The translations under genes were made by a program, and so were the position numbers. From an uncultured Alphaproteobacteria bacterium (GTDB taxonomy: Bacteria > Pseudomonadota > Alphaproteobacteria > HIMB59 > GCA-002718135), in contig CACGJH010000005.1 in the NCBI GenBank assembly GCA_902573325.1, forward strand, positions 21,388 through 85,387: a stretch of 64,000 bases of DNA. The letters are read 5' to 3'. Shown piece by piece: positions 1-10,502 of the stretch (position 1 is the first letter of the stretch; every line of letters starts with the position of its first letter). Under the pieces are notes generated by a model. That model did not search any database and was not told where the DNA came from. It saw only the letters and a program-made list of their open reading frames with translations.

Positions 1-590
1 TTAAATTGTAATGCCTTCTCATAGTCATCACTCATTCCAATGCTTAACTCATCAATATTGTTTTCATTAGCAAGAAGTTTTAATTTATTAAAATGATAGC
101 ATGGATCGTCATCTATCGGTGGTATACACATTAAGCCTATAATGGATAATTCCATTTCTTGTCTTAGAAAAAACAAAAAGTCTTTTGTATCTTCTGGAAA
201 AATACCGCTTTTTGTTTTTTCTTTTCCTGTATTTACCTGAAGAAAAATTTTCTTATTTACTAGTAATCCTTTATATTTTGAAAACTCTCTCGCTATTTTT
301 TCCCTATCTAAAGTATGAAAAACATCAAAAAGTTGAATTGCTTGCTTTACTTTATTTGATTGTAGCGGCCCAGTTAAATGAAGTTCTATTTTTGTATTAT
401 TCAGCTTTAGTTTTTGAAATTTATCTTTTGCTTCTTGAACTCTATTTTCCCCAAATATGTATACTCCAGCATTAATTGCTTCCAAGACACTTTGAAGTGG
501 ATGATTTTTAGATATAGCAACAATTTTGGCAGAATTACTGCTTTTTTTTAGAAAATCGTTTATTTCATTGTATTTTTTAATATTAAACAT
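1..590 (-). CDS. yggS: YggS-family PLP-binding (PLP homeostasis) protein; 3' end runs off the window
   Basis: Absent from the ORF track because there is no in-window stop. My reverse-complement translation from ATG at 590-588 gives MFNIKKYNEINDFLKKSSNSAKIVAISKNHPLQSVLEAINAGVYIFGENRVQEAKDKF...ELHLTGPLQSNKVK...FLQVNTGKEKTKSGI...IGLMCIPP and stays open to position 1. These are YggS/UPF0001 hallmarks. The 185..475 + ORF is its shadow. Confidence 0.8.
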   Translation of the reverse strand, partial: MFNIKKYNEINDFLKKSSNSAKIVAISKNHPLQSVLEAINAGVYIFGENRVQEAKDKFQKLKLNNTKIELHLTGPLQSNKVKQAIQLFDVFHTLDREKIAREFSKYKGLLVNKKIFLQVNTGKEKTKSGIFPEDTKDFLFFLRQEMELSIIGLMCIPPIDDDPCYHFNKLKLLANENNIDELSIGMSDDYEKALQF

Positions 591-688
591 AAATTATAAT
601 GTTGTAAAAAAACAACATTGTTTTAAAAAATATAATAAATCATTATGCTTTTTTTGTAATTTATTCAATTTTTAAATATTACGACATC

Positions 689-728
689 AATACAAGTATG
701 TTTCTTGTATTTAATGAATATTCATTAA
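689..728 (+). promoter_or_regulatory. Two adjacent structured elements in the porin 5' leader: an 8-bp-stem hairpin and a perfect 18-bp palindrome
   Basis: AATACAAG (689-696) pairs with CTTGTATT (704-711). TTAATGAATATTCATTAA (711-728) equals its own reverse complement. Both end about 5 nt before the SD AAGGAG of the porin gene. Confidence 0.45.
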
Positions 729-744
729 CTCAAAAGGAGTAATT

Positions 745-1785
745 ATGAAAAAAGAACTATTAATGGGAACTGCTCTAGTTTCTACGCTAGGTGCTGCTTC
801 AGTTGCTGAAGCTGTAACAGCTACTATGAGTGGTAACCACCAAACTGGTATGGAGTTTGATTCACCTACAGGTGGAACTGACACTAATGCTCAGATTAAT
901 GACAACAACTTTACTGTTTCATTATCTGAAACTACTGACGGTGGTATGACTATTTCATCTAGCTTTAAAGTAATGGATGAAAACACTAAAGAAGATTATG
1001 ATGCTGGATTTACTCTAGCGTTTACTGATGGCTCAAAGCTTGATGTATTAAACGCTGGTAATGCTTCAGGATCACACGCTGTATCTATTCCTGGATCAGC
1101 TGGTGCAGAAGGTGTAGCTAATACATCTACTAACCAAGCTCCTACAGGATTAGACTTTATGACTGGTTCAACAGCTTTAGGTGTTGAATATCATACAGCT
1201 GCTGATTTCCTTGCTGATGGTTTAAAAGCATCTATCTCAATTTCAACTGATAATGGTGCTGCTGCAACTGCAACTTATAAAGCTGATAGTCACGTAGCGA
1301 TTGGTGCAACATATGTAACTGATTTAGGTGATACAGCTGTAACTTTGGGTGCTGGGTACTCACAAGTTGAAGGTTCTAAAACTGGAACTGCAGTAAATGA
1401 TGACACAGGTGGTATCCACGTAGGTTTAAGTGCTGTAACTGGTAACTTAACTGTAGCTGTTGGTTTTGCTGACGGTTCAAAAGCTGGTGTACAGGACACA
1501 GGTGGAAACGAATATACTGCTGAAGTTGTTAAAGCTGGTGTGAAGTATGTAACTGGAGATCTAACATTTAATGTTGGTATTGCTTCAGGTGAAGCAGATG
1601 ACCATGCTATTGGTGGATCTGATGGAGCTGATGACTCACAAGATGTAACTTCTGCAAGTGTATCTTATGCTGTAGCAGCAGGTGTAACTGCAATTCTTGG
1701 TTACACAACTACTGAGTCAGCAGACGAAGGTCTTGCTACTGACGATGGATCTGCATGGTACATCGGTGCAAATATGTCATTTTAA
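745..1785 (+). CDS. Outer-membrane porin-like beta-barrel protein (probably abundant)
   Basis: 346 aa with SD AAGGAG upstream and Sec signal MKKELLMGTALVSTLGAASVAEA. It is rich in Gly/Ala/Thr/Asp and poor in Lys, with an alternating strand-like pattern and a C-terminal ...WYIGANMSF ending in Phe. A strong terminator follows. Assigned by composition and architecture only. Confidence 0.65.
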   Translation: MKKELLMGTALVSTLGAASVAEAVTATMSGNHQTGMEFDSPTGGTDTNAQINDNNFTVSLSETTDGGMTISSSFKVMDENTKEDYDAGFTLAFTDGSKLDVLNAGNASGSHAVSIPGSAGAEGVANTSTNQAPTGLDFMTGSTALGVEYHTAADFLADGLKASISISTDNGAAATATYKADSHVAIGATYVTDLGDTAVTLGAGYSQVEGSKTGTAVNDDTGGIHVGLSAVTGNLTVAVGFADGSKAGVQDTGGNEYTAEVVKAGVKYVTGDLTFNVGIASGEADDHAIGGSDGADDSQDVTSASVSYAVAAGVTAILGYTTTESADEGLATDDGSAWYIGANMSF

Positions 1786-1809
1786 TTAAAGATTTCATAT
1801 CTTTAAAAA

Positions 1810-1837
1810 CGGCACTTATCTAAGTGCCGTTTTTTTT
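1810..1837 (+). terminator. Rho-independent terminator after the porin gene
   Basis: CGGCACTT (1810-1817), loop ATCT, AAGTGCCG (1822-1829), then T8 (1830-1837). Confidence 0.85.
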
Positions 1838-1877
1838 ATGTTTTACATTTACATCTCAATACAATAATTAGAATTAC

Positions 1878-2483
1878 ATGATTTTCTTTAGATTGGTTCT
1901 AGTTGGTTCTATTTTTTTTATAACATCTTGTAACAGCAATAAGAGTGATGAAGAGATGAAGGAATTATGGTCAAAAGCACAAACAACTGAAGAAATAATC
2001 AGTAGATCAGGAACCAAATTTAATTCAGGAGCTGACAAAGAGTTGGCATTGAGAGATGCACAGACAAGGCTTCAAAGTGGTGGTGGTATGTTAGGCAAAG
2101 GTGGGCTGTCTTTTGATAGTGTTTTAGGAAAAGGTAATAATGGAGATAATTCTCAAACATCGGTTTCTATGAATGTTAATATATTTCTTTGGAGAGGGGC
2201 TCTTGAAACAGTTGATTTTATGCCTCTTAATTCTGCTGATCAAACTGGTGGTACTATTATTACTGATTGGTATTCAACTCCAGAAAAATATGATGAAAGA
2301 TGTAAGCTTAATATATTTATTACTGGAAAGACTCTCAATACTGATAACCTAAAAGTAACCTCTTTTTGTCAAGAGCTCAAAGACCAAATATGGATAAATA
2401 AAAACATTGATGAAAATAACAATATTAAAATTGAAAACGCCATATTAAACAAAGCGAAAAAACTTAGACTTCAATCAAGCTAA
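1878..2483 (+). CDS. DUF3576-family lipoprotein
   Basis: Lipobox FFITSC near the N-terminus. The LWRGALETVDFMPLNSADQTGGTIITDWY block matches the DUF3576 signature. It sits upstream of leuS, as in other Alphaproteobacteria. Confidence 0.6.
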   Translation: MIFFRLVLVGSIFFITSCNSNKSDEEMKELWSKAQTTEEIISRSGTKFNSGADKELALRDAQTRLQSGGGMLGKGGLSFDSVLGKGNNGDNSQTSVSMNVNIFLWRGALETVDFMPLNSADQTGGTIITDWYSTPEKYDERCKLNIFITGKTLNTDNLKVTSFCQELKDQIWINKNIDENNNIKIENAILNKAKKLRLQSS

Positions 2484-2486
2484 AAA

Positions 2487-4997
2487 GTGTCATCAAGATA
2501 CAATCACAAAGTAATTGAAAAAAAATGGCAGAAGGTGTGGTCCGATAAAAATATTTTTAAAACCAAAAAAGATGAAAATAAAAAAAAATATTATGTTTTA
2601 GAAATGTTTCCATATCCTTCGGGTAAAATTCACATGGGTCATGTTAGAAATTATACTTTAGGAGATGTTGTCGCGAGATATAAAAAAATGAAAGGGTTTA
2701 ATGTGCTTCATCCAATGGGTTGGGATGCTTTTGGTCTTCCGGCTGAGAATGCGGCATTAACTGAAAAAAAACACCCTGAAGATTGGACCTATCAAAATAT
2801 AAAAACTATGAAAAATCAATTATTACAAATGGGTTTATCATTAGATTGGGACAAAGAAATTGCAACCTGTCACCCTGATTATTACAAGCATGAACAGAAA
2901 TTTTTTATAGATATGTTTAAGGCCGGTCTTGCTTATAAAAAAGAAGCTGAGGTAAATTGGGATCCTGTGGATAAAACAGTATTAGCTAACGAACAAGTAA
3001 TTGACGGTAGAGGCTGGAGATCAGGTGCATTAGTTGAAAAGAAAAAACTTTCTCAATGGTTTTTGAAAATTAGTAAATACTCTGAAGAATTATTAAGTGA
3101 TTTAAGCATTTTAAAAAATTGGCCAAATAAAGTAAAGGTGATGCAATCTAATTGGATTGGAAAATCTGTTGGGGCCGAAATAGAATTTAAAATAACTGAA
3201 AAAGATTCTCATATAACAGTTTTTACAACAAGACCAGACACTATCTTTGGAGCAACATTTTTGGCCTTATCAACAGATCATGAGTTAATTAAAAAAGTTT
3301 CAATCGACAATAGCGTTCTAAGAAAATTTATAAAAGATTGTAATTTAGTAGACCACGAAAAGGTTAAAAAGGGTTTTAATACAGGGTTAACCGTTGATCA
3401 CCCTTTTATAGTTGGAAAAAAATTACCAGTTTTTGCAGCTAATTTTGTTTTAAAAGAATATGGATTGGGCGCAATATTTGGATGTCCTGCTCACGATCAG
3501 CGAGATTTAGATTTTGCAAATGAATATAATTTAGAAATAATTCCAGTTGTTAAGCCTAAAGATGTCTCCATAAATAATTTTAAAATTAAAACCGATGCAT
3601 TTACTGAGGATGGTGAAATAATTAACTCAGAAATTTTAAATGGATTAAATACCGAAGATGCAAAGAAAAAAATAATAGTTGAAATTGAAAAGAAAAAAAT
3701 TGGAAGAAAAAAAATTAATTTTAAACTAAGGGACTGGGGAATATCAAGGCAAAGGTTTTGGGGGTGTCCAATTCCAATAATATATAGAGAAGATGGAGAA
3801 ATTTTAGCAGTTGAAGAAAATGAGCTTCCTGTAAAACTTCCAAACATAGAAAATTTTACAGAATCATCTAGTGCTTTGAATAATATTTCGGATTGGAAAG
3901 AGACTGTTTGTCCAAAAACAGGTATGAAAGCTGTTAGAGAAACAGATACTTTTGATACATTTTTTGAATCTTCTTGGTATTATTTCCGATATTGTAATGC
4001 CAGGCTAGACAAGCCATTTGATAAAGAAGACATAAAGTATTGGCTTCCTGTCGACCAATATATAGGCGGTATTGAACATGCTATATTGCATCTTTTGTAT
4101 TCAAGATTTTTTACAAAAGCTTTGAGAGACATGGGTTACTTTGACTTACAAGAACCTTTCGATGGTCTATTTACACAGGGTATGGTTACACACACAACAT
4201 ATAAAAATGAAAATGGTGAGTGGATAGAACCAAAAAATGTTGAAAAGATTGGATCAAAACTAAAGGATAGTAATAATTTCGAAGTTACCACAGGTAAAGT
4301 TGAAAAAATGAGTAAATCAAAAAAAAATGTTGTAGATCCAAACGATATTATTGACTTATATGGAGCTGATACCGCAAGGTGGTTTATGTTATCTGATAGC
4401 CCTCCAGAAAGAGATTTACAATGGACAGAAACTGGGATTAGCTCATCATTTAAGTTTATAAATAAACTTTATGAATTTATAGAAAGGTTTAAAAAATATG
4501 AGTCTACAAAAACAGATGATTTTGAAATAATTGAAAATCTTAAAATGTTAATAAATCAGGTTTCAGAAAATATTGAAAATTTTCAATTTAATAAATCAGT
4601 TGCAAAAATTTATGAGTTTGTAAATATTCTTAATGATGCTCTTGCTAAAAACAAATTATCTAAAAGTGGCTTTGAATGGTCTTTGAGAAAGCTGTCCATT
4701 ATTATCCAGCCATTTATACCGCACATTAGTGAAGAAATTTGGTCTAATGTAGAAAGTAATAGTTTGTGTATTAATGAAAGTTGGTTGGTTGAAGAGGTAA
4801 AGAAAAAAAATGTTATAAAAATAGCAATTCAAATAAATGGGAAAACTAAAGATATTGTTGAGATTAAAGAAGAGTGGTCAAAAGAAGAAGTAATGAAACT
4901 TGTGATGAGTAATAATAAAGTAACTAAAAACTTATCAGGTAAAAATGTTCTTAGAGAAATTTATGTTCCTGGTAAGATTATAAACTTAGTAATTTAA
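2487..4997 (+). CDS. leuS: Leucyl-tRNA synthetase
   Basis: 836 aa with a GTG start. Class I HIGH-type motif [13 protein letters not shown] and KMSKS motif [10 protein letters not shown]. LeuS-like throughout. Confidence 0.97.
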   Translation: MSSRYNHKVIEKKWQKVWSDKNIFKTKKDENKKKYYVLEMFPYPSGKIHMGHVRNYTLGDVVARYKKMKGFNVLHPMGWDAFGLPAENAALTEKKHPEDWTYQNIKTMKNQLLQMGLSLDWDKEIATCHPDYYKHEQKFFIDMFKAGLAYKKEAEVNWDPVDKTVLANEQVIDGRGWRSGALVEKKKLSQWFLKISKYSEELLSDLSILKNWPNKVKVMQSNWIGKSVGAEIEFKITEKDSHITVFTTRPDTIFGATFLALSTDHELIKKVSIDNSVLRKFIKDCNLVDHEKVKKGFNTGLTVDHPFIVGKKLPVFAANFVLKEYGLGAIFGCPAHDQRDLDFANEYNLEIIPVVKPKDVSINNFKIKTDAFTEDGEIINSEILNGLNTEDAKKKIIVEIEKKKIGRKKINFKLRDWGISRQRFWGCPIPIIYREDGEILAVEENELPVKLPNIENFTESSSALNNISDWKETVCPKTGMKAVRETDTFDTFFESSWYYFRYCNARLDKPFDKEDIKYWLPVDQYIGGIEHAILHLLYSRFFTKALRDMGYFDLQEPFDGLFTQGMVTHTTYKNENGEWIEPKNVEKIGSKLKDSNNFEVTTGKVEKMSKSKKNVVDPNDIIDLYGADTARWFMLSDSPPERDLQWTETGISSSFKFINKLYEFIERFKKYESTKTDDFEIIENLKMLINQVSENIENFQFNKSVAKIYEFVNILNDALAKNKLSKSGFEWSLRKLSIIIQPFIPHISEEIWSNVESNSLCINESWLVEEVKKKNVIKIAIQINGKTKDIVEIKEEWSKEEVMKLVMSNNKVTKNLSGKNVLREIYVPGKIINLVI

Positions 4998-5485
4998 TGA
5001 AGGTTTTCTTAAATATTATTGTTTTGATTTTTATAACATCGTGTAGTGGTTTGGAGTTTGTATATAAAGATAGTTCAAATATTATTAATCCACTTTACGA
5101 AAAAACAAAGGTGAGCAACACTGGTGCTGATTTAACCTTTATAAAATCATATATCCCAATGTTGTTTGGAAAAAATAAAGAAAATGAATTTACCCTAATT
5201 ATTAACATTAAGGAAAAAAGGGTTAAAAGGTCTGTTGAGACCAACCAAGCAACTTCAAATTTAAAATATGAACTTAGATTTTTCTACACATTAATATTAA
5301 ATAAAAAAAACTGCGTGATATATGACAAAGAAATTTTATCCACTTTTTCAATTTTACCAAAATCTGCAGGCTATAACTATGGAACAGATGCTTCGTTAGA
5401 AAAAAAATATGAGTTAGCAGTTACTGATAATGTTAACCGATTTATTTCTTTGCTTTCAAATACTGATATTAGTAAGTGCCAATGA
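4997..5485 (+). CDS. lptE: LPS-assembly lipoprotein LptE (RlpB)-like
   Basis: 162 aa with lipobox FITSC. TAATG overlap with the leuS stop. Occupies the conserved leuS-lptE-holA position. Confidence 0.55.
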   Translation: MKVFLNIIVLIFITSCSGLEFVYKDSSNIINPLYEKTKVSNTGADLTFIKSYIPMLFGKNKENEFTLIINIKEKRVKRSVETNQATSNLKYELRFFYTLILNKKNCVIYDKEILSTFSILPKSAGYNYGTDASLEKKYELAVTDNVNRFISLLSNTDISKCQ

Positions 5486-6420
5486 GATTGGACCCTTTAG
5501 TTTTTTTATTAGATAAAAATTTAAAGTTAAATAAAAAATTTTATTTTATTAGTGGTAATGAATCAACACTTATTCAAAAAATAAAAAGAAGAATAGTAGA
5601 AGGTTATAAAAAAAAAGAAAATTTATTTGTTCAGAATATTGACACTATTGATGAATATAGGGGTGGTGATGGATTATTTGAAGATAAAAAAATATATTAT
5701 GTTAAAAATGTAAATAGATTTGATGAGAAGTTCTTTAAAAAAACATTGGGCACCGCAGATATATTTATATTTGCCCAAGAAAATTCCCAGAAAATAAAAA
5801 AAATTAAAAATTTATTTGTTAAGAATCAAGACTCTGTTTTAATGGATTGTTACGAATTAGATAGAAGCTCAAAGATTAAAATTTTAAATGATTTTTTAAA
5901 ATTTACAACAAAAGTTGTTCCTAAAGAGCTCTATTGGCTTCTTGTGGAGAAATTAGATAACAGATATGCTTTTTTTGAGAGTGCTCTAAGCAATGTTTTA
6001 GAGCTTAATCAAAAAGATATTAATATCATTAATATTAAAAAATTATTAACTATTGATGACTCTAACAAAGAAAGAATTTTTTTTAGTTTACTAAAAAAGA
6101 ATAAGGAAATAATTGAGATCTATAGAGAAAAAGTTTTAACAAATTCTGATGTAAATGAACTTTATTATTATTTTAAATTTTTTAGTCAGCTAATTATAGA
6201 TTGCGGTAATGAAAATGAATATGATAGGAAAATACCAATATATTTATTTAAAGAAAAAAGTTTTTTAATTGATGTCTATAGAAAATTTAATTTAAGAAAG
6301 AAAAAATTACTTATAAAACTTTTATCTTCTACAGAAACGGCTTTAAGAAGTGAGTCTAACTTATCTTTAGCATATGGTCTTCGCTTTGTTTTAAATGTAA
6401 AGAAAATTACTATTTCTTAA
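5482..6420 (+). CDS. holA: DNA polymerase III delta subunit
   Basis: About 312 aa in the conserved position after lptE. I prefer ATG 5482 (ATGA overlap with the lptE stop) over the track's GTG 5476. Assigned mainly by synteny and size. Confidence 0.6.
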   Translation: MRLDPLVFLLDKNLKLNKKFYFISGNESTLIQKIKRRIVEGYKKKENLFVQNIDTIDEYRGGDGLFEDKKIYYVKNVNRFDEKFFKKTLGTADIFIFAQENSQKIKKIKNLFVKNQDSVLMDCYELDRSSKIKILNDFLKFTTKVVPKELYWLLVEKLDNRYAFFESALSNVLELNQKDINIINIKKLLTIDDSNKERIFFSLLKKNKEIIEIYREKVLTNSDVNELYYYFKFFSQLIIDCGNENEYDRKIPIYLFKEKSFLIDVYRKFNLRKKKLLIKLLSSTETALRSESNLSLAYGLRFVLNVKKITIS

Positions 6421-7249
6421 GCCTTTTCATTATGTCATCTAATTGATTTAAATCTGAATAATACAAAGTGAGAGAGCCTGAAGATCCGCTCTCATTAAAT
6501 TGTATTGATGTTTTAAGGCCTATTTTGTCAGATAATTCTTTTTCTAGATCAACAATATTTGGATCTTTGGATGTTTTTTTCGTTTTGTTTTTTTTAAACT
6601 CAGATGTTATTTTTTCTACCTGTCTAACAGTAAGCTTCTTTTCAATTATTTCATTTGCTTTGTTAATTGCATCAGGAACACCAATCAATGCTCGTGCATG
6701 GCCCATTGATAAGGATCCATCTATTACCATTTCTTGAATTTTTTTATCAAGCTCTAATAGACGTAAAATATTAGAAACGTGGCTTGCGCTTTTACCTATT
6801 AACTTGGCTAGATTTTCGTTGTTAATATTTTTAATATTGATCAAACCTTTATAAGCATTAGCTTCCTCAATAACGTTTAAATCCTCTCTTTGAATATTTT
6901 CAATCAAGGCTGCCTCTAGAACATCAGCATCATTAAGATCTTTAATAACACAATCCACTTCATGCATTCCATTTAATTGACATGCTCTCCATCTTCTTTC
7001 ACCAGCAATAATTTGAAATTGGTTATTTGTTGTTGTTTTGACAATTATGGGCTGTATCAAACCTTGATTTTTTATCGATAAAGAAAGTTCTTTAAGTTCT
7101 TCATCTTTGAAATTTTTTCTAGGTTGAGACGGATTAGGAACTATTTGGGATATATTGATTTTTTGAACACCATTATTGCTTTCGTTTATATTTTTAGGAG
7201 TTGATAAAAGTGCACCTAGTCCCATTCCTAATTTGTTCTCTTTATTCAT
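6410..7249 (-). CDS. parB: Chromosome partitioning protein ParB
   Basis: 279 aa with ParB-box motifs LIQPIIV and GERRWRA plus an HTH region. Overlaps parA by 8 nt. Confidence 0.93.
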   Translation of the reverse strand: MNKENKLGMGLGALLSTPKNINESNNGVQKINISQIVPNPSQPRKNFKDEELKELSLSIKNQGLIQPIIVKTTTNNQFQIIAGERRWRACQLNGMHEVDCVIKDLNDADVLEAALIENIQREDLNVIEEANAYKGLINIKNINNENLAKLIGKSASHVSNILRLLELDKKIQEMVIDGSLSMGHARALIGVPDAINKANEIIEKKLTVRQVEKITSEFKKNKTKKTSKDPNIVDLEKELSDKIGLKTSIQFNESGSSGSLTLYYSDLNQLDDIMKRLKK

Positions 7250-8015
7250 AGTTTTTATTTTGATTTAAAATTACTTCTTTTGCAAGCTCAATATAGGCCA
7301 AAGAGCCGGCGGCTTGTGTATCGTATACTAATGCTGGTTTACCATGACTTGGAGCTTCAGATATTTTAACATTTCTTGGAATAGTCGTTTTGTATACTTG
7401 GGTTCCAAAATGCTGCCTTACATCCTTCTCTACAAGTGAGCTTAATGAATTTCTTTTATCTAACATTGTAAGAAGTATTCCTTCGATCTTTAAGTCTGTG
7501 TTATAGTTTTGTTGAATTAATTTAATTGTATTCATTAAAGCTGAAAGTCCTTCAAGAGCAAAGAACTCCGACTGAAGAGGAATTAGTGTGGTGTTAGATG
7601 CTACTAATGAGTTGATAGTTAGCAAGCCAAGTGCTGGTGGGCAGTCTACAAAAATAAAATCGAAATTATCAATTTCAGCAAAGATTGATTTAAATACAAA
7701 CTCTCTGTTTTCAAAATTTGTCAGCTCTACTTCAGCTGCAGCTAAGTCTGTATTTGCCCCAATTATTTTTAGACCAGGAATTAATGTTTCTTTTATTCCA
7801 TCTTTAATAAGCTTCTTTTCATGAATCATTTCATAAATCGATGGCTTTCTATCATTGTAAGTAAGACCAAGTCCTGTGCTTGCATTGCCTTGTGGGTCAG
7901 CATCAACAATTAAAACGTTTTTTTTCACCGCAGCTAATGAAGTGGCTAAGTTTATTGTGGTTGTGGTTTTGCCAACACCGCCCTTTTGATTGGAAATAGA
8001 AATAATTTTTTTCAC
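7242..8015 (-). CDS. parA: Chromosome partitioning ATPase ParA
   Basis: 257 aa with deviant Walker A NQKGGVGKTTTT. ParA/Soj-like throughout. Confidence 0.95.
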   Translation of the reverse strand: MKKIISISNQKGGVGKTTTTINLATSLAAVKKNVLIVDADPQGNASTGLGLTYNDRKPSIYEMIHEKKLIKDGIKETLIPGLKIIGANTDLAAAEVELTNFENREFVFKSIFAEIDNFDFIFVDCPPALGLLTINSLVASNTTLIPLQSEFFALEGLSALMNTIKLIQQNYNTDLKIEGILLTMLDKRNSLSSLVEKDVRQHFGTQVYKTTIPRNVKISEAPSHGKPALVYDTQAAGSLAYIELAKEVILNQNKNYE

Positions 8016-8617
8016 AGTTTTTTATATTTGTTTATCTTTAACACATGCCCATCACCCTTACTTTGACTTGGATAAAGATCGTATTTAAAGCTAAAGGATT
8101 TTTTTGCATCATGTATTTCTTTTTTAACACTTCTTCCTTTTAGAAAAAGTAGTGATGTATTTTTTTTTGTAAAAAACCGTGAATAATCTAATAATTTTGA
8201 TAATGGAGCAAAGGCGCGGCAAATAACAAAGTCAAATTTTTGATTTTTGATTTTTTCAACTCTTGCACAAATAGTTTTTATTTCTAAGTTCTGCTCGTTT
8301 GCAAATTCTTTAATAAAGTTTATTTTTTTTTTCTTTGAGTCAATCAATAGTATATTTGAATGACCAAAAATATGTAAAATCACCCCTGGTAAACCTGCGC
8401 CAGTACCAAGGTCTATTATTGATGCATTTTTTTTCAAAATAAATTCAGACAACTGTAATGAATCATTAATATGTCTATCCCAAGCATCATCAATTGTGGA
8501 AGGGCCTACCAAATTATGTATTTTGTTGCTTTTTGTTAACTTCAGTATGAAGCTATTGATTAAATCAATTTGCTTTTTGCTAAGATTATATTTTTTTATT
8601 ACGGTGTCTTTATCCAA
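8012..8617 (-). CDS. rsmG: 16S rRNA (guanine527-N7)-methyltransferase RsmG (GidB)
   Basis: 201 aa with SAM motif IIDLGTGAGLPG. In the conserved position between parA and mnmG. Confidence 0.9.
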   Translation of the reverse strand: MDKDTVIKKYNLSKKQIDLINSFILKLTKSNKIHNLVGPSTIDDAWDRHINDSLQLSEFILKKNASIIDLGTGAGLPGVILHIFGHSNILLIDSKKKKINFIKEFANEQNLEIKTICARVEKIKNQKFDFVICRAFAPLSKLLDYSRFFTKKNTSLLFLKGRSVKKEIHDAKKSFSFKYDLYPSQSKGDGHVLKINKYKKL

Positions 8618-8618
8618 A

Positions 8619-10484
8619 TTATGCTGCTTTTTTATTTTTATTTTTTTTAATATATCTAAGCAAAGCTATAGTGGCTGCAGGTGTTACACCTGATATTCTT
8701 GAAGCTGCTCCAAGCGTAGGTGGTTTGATTTTTGATAGTTTTTCAACTATCTCATTAGATAAACTCCCTACTAATTTATAGTTAGTTGATTTGGGAATTC
8801 TTAAATTTTCTTCCTTTTCAAAATCTTGTATGTCCATTCTTTGTCTATCAAGATAGCCGTTATATTTAGCTTCAATTTCTATTTGTTCCATTACATCATC
8901 TTCTAAGTCATTTAGCTGTGGAAGTATTTTTTTAAGCATAGGAGTTGTAATATTAGAAAAAGATAAGAGATCTATGATATTTCTTTTTTTTCCATCTTTG
9001 TTTATTTTTATCCCTTTTTTTAGAAGTGCATCTGGTGAAAATTTGTATTTTTTTACAAACTTAAAACCATCTTTTATTCTTTTGGATTTTTTTTCGAACT
9101 TTCTTTGCCTATCTATATCAACACAACCAATATCAATTCCAAGAGGTGTAATTCTTAAATCTGCATTATCAGCCCGAAGTAAAAGTCTATATTCAGACCT
9201 TGAAGTGAACATTCTATATGGCTCTTTAGTTCCTTTTGTAACCAAATCGTCTATCAAAACACCTATATATCCAGAGGACCTAGGTATTATAAATTCTTTA
9301 TTAGATGTTGTTTTAAGTGATGCATTTATACCGGCCATTATACCTTGTGCGGCTGCTTCTTCGTATCCAGTTGTTCCATTTATCTGGCCTGCAAAAAATA
9401 AATTTTTAATTTTTTTTGTTTCAAGTGTGTGTGTTAATTCTTGTGGGTCGACAAAATCATATTCAATTGCATAAGCAGGTTGTGTAATTGTAACATTCTC
9501 TAAACCTTTAATTGTTTTAACAAACTGCTCTTGAATTTCAGTTGGAAGCGAAGAGGATATTCCGTTTGGATATATTAACTCACTATCTAATCCTTCTGGC
9601 TCAAGAAATATCTGATGTGATGACTTATTTTTGAATTTATGAATTTTATCTTCAATAGATGGGCAATACCTAGCACCCATTGATTGTATTTCTCCTGAAT
9701 ACATTGGTGATAGGCTCAGGTTCTGAGCGATTATTTCATGGGTATTTTTATTGGTATGAGTAATAAAACAAGATATTTGAGGAATGTGGATATCTCTGTT
9801 GATAAAAGAAAATGGAATAGGCTTTTTATCTGGGTGTTGTTCATCTAAGTTATTGAAATTTATAGTTTTTTTTAGTAATCTTGGGGGTGTTCCTGTTTTC
9901 AATCTGCCTATTGAAAACTTTAGCTCCTTAAGTCTTTTTGCAAGCTTTATTGAGGGCTTATCACCAACTCTGCCAGCTTCTTTCGTCTCAGATCCTATTT
10001 TTATTAACCCTTGTAAGAAGGTACCTGTAGTTAAAACCACAGATTTAGATGATATCTTTTTGTTATCACCTAAAACAACTCCATTTACCTGATTATTTAA
10101 CACAATTAAATCTTCAACCGACCCCTCAATAATTTGAAGGTTTTTTTGCTCAGATACAAGCTCATTTATAGAATTTTTATATAAAATACGGTCTGTTTGT
10201 GCCCTTGGACCTCTTACAGCAGCGCCTCTGCTGGAGTTTAACATTCTAAATTGTATACAAGATCTGTCTGTAGCCTTTGCCATAATTCCATCTAAAGCAT
10301 CTATTTCCTTTACAAGATGTCCTTTTCCAAGACCTCCAATTGCAGGATTGCATGACATTTCTCCTATTTTATTAACTTTATGAGTAATTAAAGCTGTTTT
10401 TGATCCAGTTCTTGCAGATGAGCACGCTGCTTCTACGCCTGCATGTCCCCCACCAATTACAATTACATCAAATTTATTGTCCAT
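8619..10484 (-). CDS. mnmG: tRNA uridine 5-carboxymethylaminomethyl modification enzyme MnmG (GidA)
   Basis: FAD motif [15 protein letters not shown]. GidA-like along its full length. I prefer ATG 10484 ([13 protein letters not shown]) to the track's upstream GTG 10496. Confidence 0.95.
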   Translation of the reverse strand: MDNKFDVIVIGGGHAGVEAACSSARTGSKTALITHKVNKIGEMSCNPAIGGLGKGHLVKEIDALDGIMAKATDRSCIQFRMLNSSRGAAVRGPRAQTDRILYKNSINELVSEQKNLQIIEGSVEDLIVLNNQVNGVVLGDNKKISSKSVVLTTGTFLQGLIKIGSETKEAGRVGDKPSIKLAKRLKELKFSIGRLKTGTPPRLLKKTINFNNLDEQHPDKKPIPFSFINRDIHIPQISCFITHTNKNTHEIIAQNLSLSPMYSGEIQSMGARYCPSIEDKIHKFKNKSSHQIFLEPEGLDSELIYPNGISSSLPTEIQEQFVKTIKGLENVTITQPAYAIEYDFVDPQELTHTLETKKIKNLFFAGQINGTTGYEEAAAQGIMAGINASLKTTSNKEFIIPRSSGYIGVLIDDLVTKGTKEPYRMFTSRSEYRLLLRADNADLRITPLGIDIGCVDIDRQRKFEKKSKRIKDGFKFVKKYKFSPDALLKKGIKINKDGKKRNIIDLLSFSNITTPMLKKILPQLNDLEDDVMEQIEIEAKYNGYLDRQRMDIQDFEKEENLRIPKSTNYKLVGSLSNEIVEKLSKIKPPTLGAASRISGVTPAATIALLRYIKKNKNKKAA

Positions 10485-10490
10485 GACTCT

Positions 10491-10502
10491 TTTCACGTGA
10501 AA
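10491..10502. promoter_or_regulatory. parS-like palindrome (site 1), intergenic between mnmE and mnmG
   Basis: TTTCACGTGAAA is the central 12 bp of the parS consensus TGTTTCACGTGAAACA. The four flanking positions do not match. Confidence 0.5.

Noticed and set aside
185-475. Track ORFs lying antisense to or out of frame within strong genes. Examples: 185..475, 1290..1499, 3497..3847, 6468..6737, 7588..7824, 8974..9474, 9784..10092, 12165..12746, 13377..13655, 33903..34142, 38082..38447, 41105..41338, 48253..48976, 51275..51958, 61810..62037, 63400..63705.
   Set aside because: Each is fully nested in, or heavily overlaps, a CDS with clear family motifs. Their translations are low-complexity (Phe/Leu/Ser/Ile-rich), as expected for frames opposite AT-rich coding DNA. 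No SD or recognisable motif was seen.
598-624. Hairpin AATGTTG-N8-CAACATT followed by GTTTT between yggS and the porin gene.
   Set aside because: It has a weak all-A/T-dominated 7-bp stem. No upstream plus-strand gene is present for it to terminate. On the minus strand it lies upstream of yggS, not downstream. Such stems are common by chance in this composition.
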